Below are positions 9,193 through 17,828 of a stretch of 64,000 nucleotides of DNA, piece by piece. Under the pieces are notes generated by a model. That model did not search any database and was not told where the DNA came from. It was given only the letters and a program-made list of their open reading frames with translations. Position numbers and translations under genes: made by a program. Where the stretch lies: NCBI GenBank assembly GCA_038871515.1, contig JAVZHX010000001.1, forward strand, positions 448,001-512,000. The letters run 5' to 3'. Every line of letters begins with the position of its first letter. Position 1 is the stretch's first letter. This DNA is from Candidatus Micrarchaeia archaeon. Lineage in GTDB: Archaea > Micrarchaeota > Micrarchaeia > Burarchaeales > Fermentimicrarchaeaceae.

Positions 9193-9211
9193 TGTTCTAT
9201 AATAAAGAACA
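9193..9211 (+). promoter_or_regulatory. Inverted repeat between TATA box and start of the HTH-MNT gene
   Basis: TGTTCT-ATAATAA-AGAACA downstream of TTTAAATATA (about 9179-9188), overlapping the ATG at 9211. Confidence 0.5.
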
Positions 9212-9801
9212 TGTTAGAACTGCTTATTCGGTCGAAAACAGAAGTAAAAATACTTGGAGTTGTTCTGTTTGAGAATGAGCTCCACTTGCGGGAGATAGCG
9301 AGGAGAGCTGGCGCCAGCCCCTCAGAAACAAAAAAGGAGCTGGACAACCTTGTGCGCCTTGGCGTCCTGAGGAAGCAGAGGCGGGGCAATCAGCTGCTCT
9401 TCGCTGTAAACACCCAATGCCCGTTCCTCAGCGAGCTCAGGAGTTTTTACATAAAAACAGATGGAGTTGCTGAGCAGCTCAGGAAAACTCTCTCCAAAAA
9501 ATATGGTGTGAAGTACGCTTTCATTTTCGGCAGCCTGGCAGCTGGAAGCTTCAGCCAGAAAAGCGATGTTGATATCCTCATAATCGGCAGTATTGATGAA
9601 GAGGAAATTGCAAGAGATACCTCTCACCTTCAGAAAATAACTGGCAGGGAAATAAACTGGGTGCTTTGGAGCGAAAGAGACTTTGCAAGTAAGTTAAAAG
9701 AGAAGGGTTCATTTATTACCTCTGTGCTTAGAGGAAAGCGCATATGGCTAAAGGGTGATGAAAGTGAATTTGAAAGAATTACTTCAAAAGCGACTGGTTG
9801 A
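9211..9801 (+). CDS. wHTH-MNT antitoxin
   Basis: LHLREIARRAG...KELDNL...G wHTH, then FIFGSLAAG....SDVDILIIG. Confidence 0.85.
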   Translation: MLELLIRSKTEVKILGVVLFENELHLREIARRAGASPSETKKELDNLVRLGVLRKQRRGNQLLFAVNTQCPFLSELRSFYIKTDGVAEQLRKTLSKKYGVKYAFIFGSLAAGSFSQKSDVDILIIGSIDEEEIARDTSHLQKITGREINWVLWSERDFASKLKEKGSFITSVLRGKRIWLKGDESEFERITSKATG

Positions 9802-10195
9802 AAAGTCCACGCAGGATTTGAAACTATCAGCAAAGTTCCTGTCAGATGCACACAGAGACATCTCGGCAGCCGAAGATAATTTGAAGACGAAACATCCTGA
9901 CTGGGCTTTGGCGATTGCATACAATGCAATGCTCTCTGCAGGAATGGCGCTTATGGCGTATAAGGGTTATCGCACCTTTGCCGAATCGCACCACGTTGCA
10001 GTTGTGCAGTTCTGCGCAGCTGTTATGCCTCCAGACTCGGCAACACTCGTGAGCGTATTCAACCGCTACCGGGTTAGGAGGCATGATGTAATCTACGGAG
10101 AGTCCAGCTCTGTTGGAGAGGATGAGGCAAGAAAAGCTATTGAGAATACAAAGAAGTTTGTTGAGCAAATTGAAAAAATTATAAAAGTCAGTTAA
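9755..10195 (+). CDS. HEPN-domain toxin
   Basis: WALAIAYNAM...ALM...GYR...H..V...RRHDVIYG. Confidence 0.8.
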   Translation: MMKVNLKELLQKRLVEKSTQDLKLSAKFLSDAHRDISAAEDNLKTKHPDWALAIAYNAMLSAGMALMAYKGYRTFAESHHVAVVQFCAAVMPPDSATLVSVFNRYRVRRHDVIYGESSSVGEDEARKAIENTKKFVEQIEKIIKVS

Positions 10196-10414
10196 CCACT
10201 TTGTTAACAAATACTGGGCTGATTATTTTTCTAATTCCAGCACATCTTATTGGTGTTATAATTTTTAATCTATCTTCGCTAAAATGGGCAAGAAATTGAT
10301 GCATAATTATAGGGATATGATAACTTAGCAACTTTAGAATGTTGTTAATGATAATTTCATAGTATATGTGAGCATTTTTGGATAAAGGTTTAATCTAAAT
10401 ATAACTAAGTATGC

Positions 10415-10663
10415 GTGATGTATATGGATGTGTCTACGATAAGGCTACATAGGAAAACCAAATTCGCCCTTGACAGATATAGAGAATACAGGAATGAGAG
10501 TTATGATGAAGTTGTGATGAAGCTTGTTAACATAGCCGACACATGTAAGAAAGAGCCAGAGCTTTCCAAAGAAGCGGTTGAACGAATAGAGAAGGCACGT
10601 GAGAGGATACGGGCAGGCAACTTTGTGAGTGAAAGTGAGGCAAGAAAGAGGCTGGCCCTGTGA
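10415..10663 (+). CDS. Putative antitoxin (RHH-like N-terminus)
   Basis: STIRL...TK..L......ESYDEVV.KL and the IEKAR.....G.FVSESEARKRL tail; GTGA overlap with the RelE-like gene. Confidence 0.7.
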   Translation: MMYMDVSTIRLHRKTKFALDRYREYRNESYDEVVMKLVNIADTCKKEPELSKEAVERIEKARERIRAGNFVSESEARKRLAL

Positions 10664-10926
10664 CATACGAGGTGGTTTTCGACAGGAAAGCACTTGAATT
10701 TCTAGAAGGCCTGCCGAAGGAGTTGCAGCAGAGGATTTTCAATAAAATAACTGCTGCAAAGGAGAATCCACTTCACTTCTTTGAGAGGCTGGAGGGCGGC
10801 AGGATTACAAGCTGCGTGTAGGCAAATACCGAGTCATTGCGGATATCTCACAGCTTGAAAAGGATTGAGGTGACACTCATAGACCACAGGAAAAAGGTTT
10901 ACGAGAAGTTGCCAAAAGAAAAATGA
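10660..10926 (+). pseudogene. RelE/ParE toxin with two frameshifts
   Basis: MTYEVVFDRKALEFLEGLPKELQQRIFNKI...ENPLHFFERLEG / DYKLRVGKYRVIADI / KRIEVTLIDHRKKVYEKL lie in three separate segments, with shifts near 10797 and 10855. Confidence 0.8.
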
Positions 10927-11136
10927 GAAAGCTGTGAAGCTGGCTAGGTATGCGAGAAAACTGCAAGCTCAGAAGATATCGGCTAACAGGGTAACTATAA
11001 TATATCGTGAAGTAATAACTTAACGCATGGCTGATATGAAGCTTAGAGAAGGCGAGGTAATCATCAAAAGTGGGTTGCGAAGAAAGATAAGCTCCAGCTA
11101 GAAATTATAAACAAAAAAGTGCACGAAATTTAAAAG

Positions 11137-11238
11137 TAGCGGGGCGTGGATTTGAACCACGGATCTCTGGGTTATGAGCCCAGCGGGCATTACGGTAGCT
11201 TCCGAGAAGAAGCTATCTCCATGCTACCCTACCCCGCT
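11137..11238 (-). tRNA. tRNA-iMet(CAT) with a 27-nt D-loop intron
   Basis: AGCGGGG/CCCCGCT-A acceptor stem (A1-U72), CTGGG-CTCATAA-CCCAG anticodon arm, CGTGG-TTCAAAT-CCACG T arm. Removing 11190-11216 gives a 75-nt cloverleaf. Confidence 0.92.
11190..11216 (-). other. BHB tRNA intron at a non-canonical D-loop position (about 20a/21)
   Basis: Central helix AUGG/CCGU, bulges AG^A and AA^U, inner stem UAGCUUC/GAAGCUA. Confidence 0.85.
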
Positions 11239-11312
11239 TCAATAGTATTTACCTCTCAACCTTTAAAAACTCGTCGATTGTTTCTTCGTTTAATAAAATG
11301 AACGATCGTTTT

Positions 11313-12197
11313 TTATATCGAACTGCAACTTAAAACACGAACTATTGGCTCCACATTCCACCCTAACTTCAGCTTTTTCATTTTCTTTAAATCAGCCCAT
11401 AACGCCATGCTGTGCTCTCCTCCGTATTTAACTCTTCCCTCCCCCTTTCCCTCAAAAACAATGTAAACAGAATGCTTGCTCAAATCACCCTTTCTATACA
11501 CTTTTGAGCTTGTGCAAAGCAGCTTCATTTTCTTAATTTTCAAACCAGTCTCCTCAAAAACCTCCCTCCTCACAGCTTTTTCAGGCGACTCTCCCCACTC
11601 CACTCCACCACCAGGAAACTCCCAAACTTTTGGCTCCCTTCTCTTCAAAACAAGAATTCTTCCTTTTGAATCTCTCACAACTGCGTAAACATTCAACTCC
11701 TGCACTCTGCCTCTCATTGAATCAACCTCCTCAATTAACTTTTTCATCCTCCTGAACATCTCGCTTCCTCCAAGCAGCTTCTCAATTCTCTCAACCTTTC
11801 CTTTCTCGCATACTTTATCAGCATAGCAAACAATTTTCTCCTCAACTGTTTCAGGAATAAAATCTCTTGCAGGCAACCCCATTCTTCCAGCCTCCTCCCT
11901 GCTTATCCCTCCGAGCACATGCCTCTCCGCAATCCTTGCAACCTCCTCCCCCACCCCCTCCTTTCTTAGAATCTCCCCTCCCAGATAACCATGCTCCAAA
12001 CTATGGGTTAAACTCCTTCCAACATCATGAAGTAAAGCCCCTTCCTCAACAAGCTTCAAATCAACCCCCCAACCCCTTCTTTTAACCTCTTTTGCAACCT
12101 GAAGGGCAACTCTCCTAACCTTTTTTGAATGCTCAATTATGTTTTTTGGCAGTTTGTATTTCAGAAGCAGCTTCATGCAGAAATTATAAAACAACAC
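11313..12197 (-). CDS. HD-domain (TIGR00295-like) and NUDIX hydrolase fusion
   Basis: EHS..V...ALLHDVGR...H...G...ERH...EEKIVCYADK, then GGGVEWGESPEKAVRREVFEETG Nudix box. Confidence 0.8.
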   Translation of the reverse strand: MLFYNFCMKLLLKYKLPKNIIEHSKKVRRVALQVAKEVKRRGWGVDLKLVEEGALLHDVGRSLTHSLEHGYLGGEILRKEGVGEEVARIAERHVLGGISREEAGRMGLPARDFIPETVEEKIVCYADKVCEKGKVERIEKLLGGSEMFRRMKKLIEEVDSMRGRVQELNVYAVVRDSKGRILVLKRREPKVWEFPGGGVEWGESPEKAVRREVFEETGLKIKKMKLLCTSSKVYRKGDLSKHSVYIVFEGKGEGRVKYGGEHSMALWADLKKMKKLKLGWNVEPIVRVLSCSSI

Positions 12198-12782
12198 TTA
12201 TTTAGTATTTTTCTTTTCAACAAAAACAAGAGGAGCCCCGCAGTCAAGGCACTTGAATTTATTTTCAAACGCAACATCAAAAGGAATCATAACCCCTTCC
12301 CCTTTCTTGCAGGATTTGCATGTGTAGAACTCAACTGTCTCCTCAGAAACTGTGCTCGCTGGCACCTCCTTCCTCTGAAGCAGTTTATCCGCTTTATTAA
12401 GCGACAACCTCCAGACATACGAATACCAACCGCTCTCCTTATCCCTGCTCCTCTCGTAAGCAGTTAAACCATATGAATGCAGCTTGTTCAGCACAGCCCT
12501 TACCTCGCTCAGCTTTATCTTGCATGCGCTCGCCAAATCCTCATCGCTCAGCGGCTCCTCCAACGCCTCTGCAACTGCAAGCGCTTTCTCCCCAGCAATC
12601 TGAAGAATCAAATTCCTCACATGCTCGTCTGCAAGTTTCCTGCTAATCCTGCTCCTTCTTTTCACCTTTCTGGCCGCCTTCCTTACTTTTTTAACAACTC
12701 TCATCCTGCGCTTTGCAACAGCCACCTTTTTCCTCACAACCTTTCTAGCTCTGGAGCGCGCTCTGCGCTTCTTCATCTTCAT
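12198..12782 (-). CDS. tfe: Transcription factor E (TFE alpha) with a long basic N-terminal extension
   Basis: DEDLA....IKLSEVRAVLNKLHSYGL..Y.R.RDKESGWYSYVW; YTCKSC...A....FKCLDCGAPL zinc ribbon. Confidence 0.88.
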   Translation of the reverse strand: MKMKKRRARSRARKVVRKKVAVAKRRMRVVKKVRKAARKVKRRSRISRKLADEHVRNLILQIAGEKALAVAEALEEPLSDEDLASACKIKLSEVRAVLNKLHSYGLTAYERSRDKESGWYSYVWRLSLNKADKLLQRKEVPASTVSEETVEFYTCKSCKKGEGVMIPFDVAFENKFKCLDCGAPLVFVEKKNTK

Positions 12783-12823
12783 GGGCTATATTATGCACGA
12801 AAGAATATTTATAACCTTCGCAA

Positions 12824-13336
12824 TTATTCTATTTTCTTCCCATGCGCCTGTGGCACAACCCTCAGTTTCGCGTTTTCAAACCTTTTTTCAAGCTCCTTTC
12901 CCTCAAAATACCTGTCAAGAAAAACAGCCAGCGCAGCAACCTCTGAGTGTGGCTGGGTTGAAACAGATATGTTATAATCTACGTTTCTATAAACTTCTGG
13001 AGGAACCTTCTCAGCCCCAACCACCAAAAGAAGCTTTTTCTCCTTTCTCAGCTCATCAATTTTTTCATTCAGCGGTTCCCCATACATAGTGAGGTGGACA
13101 GTTTTTCCATCCCACTCTCTCAATACTGCTCTCCAATCCTTTCTGTATTCCACTTCAAAATTCCCTCCCCACTTCTCAACAACCCCCTTCACACTTCTTA
13201 TAACTGACTCATCTCTCTCCCCTGAAAGAAAAACCTTATCCGCTCCAAGCGCCCTTGCCGCTAAACAGACGTGGGTTGTCACCCTCGCATCCCTTCCAAC
13301 CCTATGCCCCAACCGAAGAACCGCAATCATAAACAA
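12824..13336 (-). CDS. trm56: tRNA (cytidine(56)-2'-O)-methyltransferase
   Basis: VLRLGHR..RD.RVTTHVCLAARALGA, VHLTMYG, VGAEKVP, QPHSEVAALAVFLDR. Confidence 0.93.
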   Translation of the reverse strand: MFMIAVLRLGHRVGRDARVTTHVCLAARALGADKVFLSGERDESVIRSVKGVVEKWGGNFEVEYRKDWRAVLREWDGKTVHLTMYGEPLNEKIDELRKEKKLLLVVGAEKVPPEVYRNVDYNISVSTQPHSEVAALAVFLDRYFEGKELEKRFENAKLRVVPQAHGKKIE

Positions 13337-13404
13337 CCTTTTTATTCTCTAACCTATTAAACATATTCCACATGGGCCCGTAGCTCAGCGTGGCAGAGCG
13401 GCTG

Positions 13405-13417
13405 AAAGTTTGCCGAA
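13405..13417 (+). other. 13-nt BHB tRNA intron at position 30/31
   Basis: Central helix CGGC/GCCG, bulges UG^A and AA^G, outer helix GAG/CUC. Confidence 0.8.
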
Positions 13418-13424
13418 GCTCTTA

Positions 13425-13438
13425 ACTTCGCTGGCGAA
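13425..13438 (+). other. 14-nt tRNA intron at canonical position 37/38 (relaxed motif; boundaries can slide by 1-2 nt)
   Basis: Removal is required to close the anticodon stem; the central helix CUCU/GGCG has one mismatch. Confidence 0.65.
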
Positions 13439-13488
13439 ACCAGTAGGTCGCGCGTTCAAATCGCGCCGGGCCCGCTTCCGGTGGTTTT

Positions 13489-14241
13489 GTGGAGGTGACA
13501 TTCCTAGGGACAAGAGGCTGGTATTCCAAAAAAGGGCAGACTTCCTGCGTGGTTCTTGAAACAAAAGAAGGAAACTACATACTTGACGCAGGGACAGGAA
13601 TATACTGGGCTGATGAGTTTGTTAACTTTAATAAACCAACCTGCCTGCTGCTCTCCCATTTTCACCTGGATCATATGGTTGGGATAACCGCCCTGCAAAA
13701 CATATTCAAAGGAAAGCAACTCACAATATATGGACAGGAAGGAGTGAGGGAGGCAGTTGACAGAATAATGAAGAAACCACTCTTTCCAGTTTATTTCAAC
13801 TCACCACTTTTCAAATTTAAGGTGAAATTCAAAAAATTAAAGGAGAAGCAGAGAATATTTGACTCAGTTGTGAAAACCGCCAAATTGAACCATGCGGACC
13901 CCGTGCTTGGGATAAGAATTGAAAATAATGGGAGGAGCTTTGTTTATGCAACGGATACTCTGCCTTGCGAAGCAACAGCAAAACTTGCAAGGAATTGCGA
14001 TGCGCTTGTACATGAAACGTATTTCTCAGAGGATGAATTCAAGCTTCTCAAAATAAACACAGGGCACTCCTCCCCAAAAGGAGCTGCAAGGGTTGCAAGG
14101 GAAGCAGATGCAAAGAAGTTTTACCTCTTCCACTTCAACCCACTCTATGATGAAAGAACAATCTCAAAAATGGTGGAGGAGGGGAGGGAAGTTTTTAAGA
14201 ATACGTTTGCAGCAAAAGATTTTCTGAAGTTTAAACTGTGA
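13489..14241 (+). CDS. Metallo-beta-lactamase fold hydrolase, RNase Z/ElaC-like
   Basis: FLGTRG, LDAGTG, SHFHLDH, YATDT, HET, GHSS, LFHF; the flexible-arm exosite appears absent. Confidence 0.75.
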   Translation: MEVTFLGTRGWYSKKGQTSCVVLETKEGNYILDAGTGIYWADEFVNFNKPTCLLLSHFHLDHMVGITALQNIFKGKQLTIYGQEGVREAVDRIMKKPLFPVYFNSPLFKFKVKFKKLKEKQRIFDSVVKTAKLNHADPVLGIRIENNGRSFVYATDTLPCEATAKLARNCDALVHETYFSEDEFKLLKINTGHSSPKGAARVAREADAKKFYLFHFNPLYDERTISKMVEEGREVFKNTFAAKDFLKFKL

Positions 14242-14245
14242 TTGT

Positions 14246-15769
14246 ATGGAGAAGGAGCCAAGGCATTGGGTGGAGCTTCTCACTGATAGAATAGTTGCTG
14301 AGAAGGAGGAGCCATTCGTAATAACATCTGGAATAACGACAAGCGGAAGTTTGCACGTTGGAACTCTCTGCGAGTTTCTCTTCTCCTCAGCAATACAGAG
14401 ATATTTAAATGATAAAGGATACTCAACAGAGTTTCACTTCATCGCAGATATATACGATGCGTTTGACTCTGTGCCAATAAACTTGATAAAATATGAGAAA
14501 GAGCTAACCCCTCACCTGGGAAAACCGCTCTGCGATGTGCCCGACCCTGAGGGATGCCACCCCTCCTACGGAGAGCATTTCTTCGCAGAGGCAGTTGACG
14601 TTATGGAGCTGCTTGACATCCACCCAAAGCTTGAGAGGGCAAACCTTCTTTACAAGGAGGGTAGATTTGACCCCCTTGCAAAATTCTTTCTGAAAAACCA
14701 CGAGGAAACAAAGAGGGTTGTTGCCGAGTCATCGTTAAAGCAGGAACTACCTGAGGAGTGGAATGCTCTGATGCCTGTCTGCCAGAACTGCGGGAGAATT
14801 GCAACGACAGTTGTAACTGAGTTTGATGAAAACTCGTATTCGTATAAGGATGTCAAAGATGTTGGTTATACAAAAGGATGTGGGTACAAAGGGGAGAACA
14901 AACTCTCCGAGCATAAGTATAAATTAACCTGGCGTTTGCACTGGCCCTCGTGGATGGAGGTTTTCCACACAACTGTTGAGGGAGCAGGCGTTGACCACCA
15001 CACAAGAGGTGGCTCTTGGGATACAGTGGTTGCTGTTTACAAAAAACTTTTCAAAAAGGAACCACCAATTGGTTACAAATTCGGCTTCATTCTCCTGAAA
15101 GGAAAAAAATACTCAAAATCAAAGGGAATAGGGCTTGGGGTGAAGGATGTGCTTGAGCTGATACCGCCAGAGCTGATAAAGTACGCATTGTTCAAGCCAG
15201 ATATACAGGAAAATAAGGATATTGACCCAACTGGCTACAGCCTGATGAGATTATTTGATGATTACCACTATGCGTCAACGCTTGATTTATCAAAACCACT
15301 TAGCAGAGCAGACAGAAAGAAGGCAATTGCTTTCTCCCTTTCAACAGACAGAATGAGATGGAAAGCATCCTTCTCAGATATACTGATGTACAGACAGCTC
15401 TACGGCGACTGGAAGAAAGTTGGGGAGCTTCTCAACGACTCAGAAGGGGTTGAATACCTGAAACCATATGTTGAAAAATGGGTTGAGCAGGAGTTCGCGC
15501 CAGAGGAATACTCCTTCTCCTTCCAGCCAACAAAACAAGGGGATATGAAGCTGCTGAAAGAATTTGCCTCAAAGTTAAGGGATGGGATGAAAGCAGTTGA
15601 AATACACAACTTTGTTTTTGAGTTTGCAAGGGAGAAGGGGGTGCAGCCAGAGGAGCTTTTTAGACAGCTTTATCTTGCTTTGTTGAACAAGGAAAAAGGG
15701 CCCAGGATGGGTAAGCTTATAGAGGCGATTGGAGTAAGTAAAGTGAGGGAAACCCTGCTGGCGATGTGA
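14246..15769 (+). CDS. lysS: Lysine--tRNA ligase, class I
   Basis: HWVE...SGITTSGSLHVG, KLTWRLHWP..W, EGAGVDH, KYSKSKG, GPRMG. Confidence 0.93.
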   Translation: MEKEPRHWVELLTDRIVAEKEEPFVITSGITTSGSLHVGTLCEFLFSSAIQRYLNDKGYSTEFHFIADIYDAFDSVPINLIKYEKELTPHLGKPLCDVPDPEGCHPSYGEHFFAEAVDVMELLDIHPKLERANLLYKEGRFDPLAKFFLKNHEETKRVVAESSLKQELPEEWNALMPVCQNCGRIATTVVTEFDENSYSYKDVKDVGYTKGCGYKGENKLSEHKYKLTWRLHWPSWMEVFHTTVEGAGVDHHTRGGSWDTVVAVYKKLFKKEPPIGYKFGFILLKGKKYSKSKGIGLGVKDVLELIPPELIKYALFKPDIQENKDIDPTGYSLMRLFDDYHYASTLDLSKPLSRADRKKAIAFSLSTDRMRWKASFSDILMYRQLYGDWKKVGELLNDSEGVEYLKPYVEKWVEQEFAPEEYSFSFQPTKQGDMKLLKEFASKLRDGMKAVEIHNFVFEFAREKGVQPEELFRQLYLALLNKEKGPRMGKLIEAIGVSKVRETLLAM

Positions 15770-16761
15770 TGAGCATAATGGAGTATATTGCATTGAGGGG
15801 GGCGGAAGTGAATAAGGAGATAGAGAGAATAATCCCGAAAAATAAGGAGCCAAAAGCAGTTTACGAGCCAATCTGGGATTTGTTGAGCAGGGGAGGGAAG
15901 CGTTTCAGGCCCGTGATGTGCATGCTTTCCTGTGAAGCAGTTGGAGGAGACTCAAGAAAAATACTTCCAATTGCAGCCTCAATTGAGATGTTTCACAACT
16001 TCACATTGGCGCATGATGATATTGAGGACGACTCGGAGATGAGGAGAGGAAAGCCGTGTATTCACAAAATATATGGAATACCGCTTGCAATAAACGCTGG
16101 GGATGGGTTGTTTGCGCTTGTTTGGGAAACCTCTTTGCTTCTTGAAATGCCACCAAAGAAAATTGTAGGTGCTCAAAGAATTCTTGCAGATGCGTTCAGA
16201 AGGGTTCTTGAAGGGCAGGGAATGGAAATTGGGTGGAACAGCCAGAATTTATGGGATATAACTGAAAAGGATTACTGCGAGATGGTTGCTGGGAAGACAG
16301 GCGCATTAATTGCTGCCTCCTGCGAGGTTGGAGCGTATCTGGGAGGAGGGAGCAGGAAGCAACAGAAAATACTCAGGGAGTTTGGGAATGCGGTTGGAAT
16401 TGCATTTCAAATTCAGGATGATATACTGAATATAATTGGAAAGGAGGAGAAGTATGGAAAGGAGATAGGCGGCGATATAAGTGAGGGGAAAAGAACCCTG
16501 ATGGTTATTCACACTCTTGGCAAAGCATCAAAAGAGGACAGAGAAAAACTTCTCTCAATTTTATCTGAAAAAACAAAAGAAAAAACAAAAATTAATGAGG
16601 CAATTGAAATTCTGAAAAAATACAACTCGCACGAGTATGCGAAAAAGAGAGCAGAGGAGATTATTCTGAAAGCAAAGAAAGGGCTTGCTGAGCTTCCTCA
16701 AACAAATGCAAGGGAGAAACTTCTTGAGCTTGCCGACTTTTTCATAAACAGGGAGCTCTAA
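15766..16761 (+). CDS. idsA: Polyprenyl (geranylgeranyl) diphosphate synthase
   Basis: GGKRFRP, FTLAHDDIEDDSEMRRG, GKTGAL, AFQIQDDILN, DISEGKRT. Confidence 0.88.
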   Translation: MMSIMEYIALRGAEVNKEIERIIPKNKEPKAVYEPIWDLLSRGGKRFRPVMCMLSCEAVGGDSRKILPIAASIEMFHNFTLAHDDIEDDSEMRRGKPCIHKIYGIPLAINAGDGLFALVWETSLLLEMPPKKIVGAQRILADAFRRVLEGQGMEIGWNSQNLWDITEKDYCEMVAGKTGALIAASCEVGAYLGGGSRKQQKILREFGNAVGIAFQIQDDILNIIGKEEKYGKEIGGDISEGKRTLMVIHTLGKASKEDREKLLSILSEKTKEKTKINEAIEILKKYNSHEYAKKRAEEIILKAKKGLAELPQTNAREKLLELADFFINREL

Positions 16762-17828
16762 AGCAACTTTTCAAACAAGTCAAAAAGATAGCGCGAGTCC
16801 AGGGGACCGGGGTTTGCTTCCGGGTGATACTGCACTGAGAAAACAGGAAGTTCTTTGTGCTTCATTCCCTCAACTGTTCCATCATTGCAGTTTCTGTGCG
16901 TCACAATAAACTCATTTGGTAAACTTCTCTCATCAACAGCATACCCATGGTTCTGGCTTGTTATAAACACCTTTCCACTTTCCAACTCCTTAACAGGGTG
17001 GTTGCTTCCCCTATGCCCAAACTTCATTTTATATGTTTTTCCACCAGCTGCATGTGCAATTATCTGATGCCCTAAACAGATTCCAAAGAGAGGGAGCTTT
17101 CTCATCAGTTTCTTCACTGCGCTTGCAATATAACTGAGCAGCGCTGGATCCCCAGGTCCATTTGAAACAACAACTCCATCCGGCTTCATTCTAAGAATTT
17201 CCTCTGCAGTTGTTTTTGGCGGAACCCGAATAATTGAGATGTTTCTTTTAAGAAGCTCCCTAACAATACTCCACTTCACCCCGCAATCTATTAGAACAAC
17301 TCTCCTCTCCCCAGCAACATACTCCTTCTTTCTTTTTGAAGCAACTCTCTCAACAAAATCAATTTTTGAGTAATCAAGCCCCCTTGCTCTTTCTAACAGC
17401 TCCCCATACCTCGGCTCCTTTTTTGAGTAAACAGAAATGCATGCTGGCATAACTCCATAACTCCTTATTCTCCTCACAACTGCTCTTGTATCAACCTCGC
17501 AGATGCCAGGAATGCCAAATCTTCTCAAAAACTCATTCAAACTCTCCTTTACTTTCATATGCTGGGGCTCCTTGCAGAGCTCTCTTACAACAACACCAGA
17601 AACATAAACTCTTTCAGACTCAAAGTCATCCGAGTTAACCCCATAGTTCCCAATTAACGGATAAGCAAATGTGAGAATCTGCCCTGCGTAAGAAGGGTCT
17701 GTCAACGCTTCCTGATAACCACAGAAACCTGTGTTGAAGACAAGCTCCCCCTCTACAGTTTTCTCCTCCCCAAACCCAACTCCTCTGAAGCACGTGCCAT
17801 CGCGTAGCACAAGCAATGCTTTAGCCAT
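16758..17828 (-). CDS. carA: Carbamoyl-phosphate synthase small subunit
   Basis: GELVFNTG..GYQE.LTDPSY.GQI, SNGPGDP, GICLGHQ, FGHRG.NHPV, VQYHPEA. Confidence 0.96.
   Translation of the reverse strand: MAKALLVLRDGTCFRGVGFGEEKTVEGELVFNTGFCGYQEALTDPSYAGQILTFAYPLIGNYGVNSDDFESERVYVSGVVVRELCKEPQHMKVKESLNEFLRRFGIPGICEVDTRAVVRRIRSYGVMPACISVYSKKEPRYGELLERARGLDYSKIDFVERVASKRKKEYVAGERRVVLIDCGVKWSIVRELLKRNISIIRVPPKTTAEEILRMKPDGVVVSNGPGDPALLSYIASAVKKLMRKLPLFGICLGHQIIAHAAGGKTYKMKFGHRGSNHPVKELESGKVFITSQNHGYAVDERSLPNEFIVTHRNCNDGTVEGMKHKELPVFSVQYHPEANPGPLDSRYLFDLFEKLL

Larger units (their letters stand above)
13374..13474 (+). tRNA. tRNA-Lys(CTT) with two short introns
   Basis: GGGCCCG/CGGGCCC-G acceptor, GCTC/GAGC D stem, GCGCG-TTCAAAT-CGCGC T arm. 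Removing 13405-13417 and 13425-13438 gives GCTGG-CTCTTAA-CCAGT and a 74-nt tRNA. Confidence 0.85.

Noticed and set aside
11027..11101. 24-codon ORF after a TATA-like element near the tRNA
   Set aside because: Too short to assign; possibly more TA debris, but unsupported.
13489..14241. Calling this gene rnz (RNase Z) because it follows a tRNA
   Set aside because: The tRNA-binding flexible arm between G.R.E and YxxDT appears to be missing, so only the family-level call is supported.
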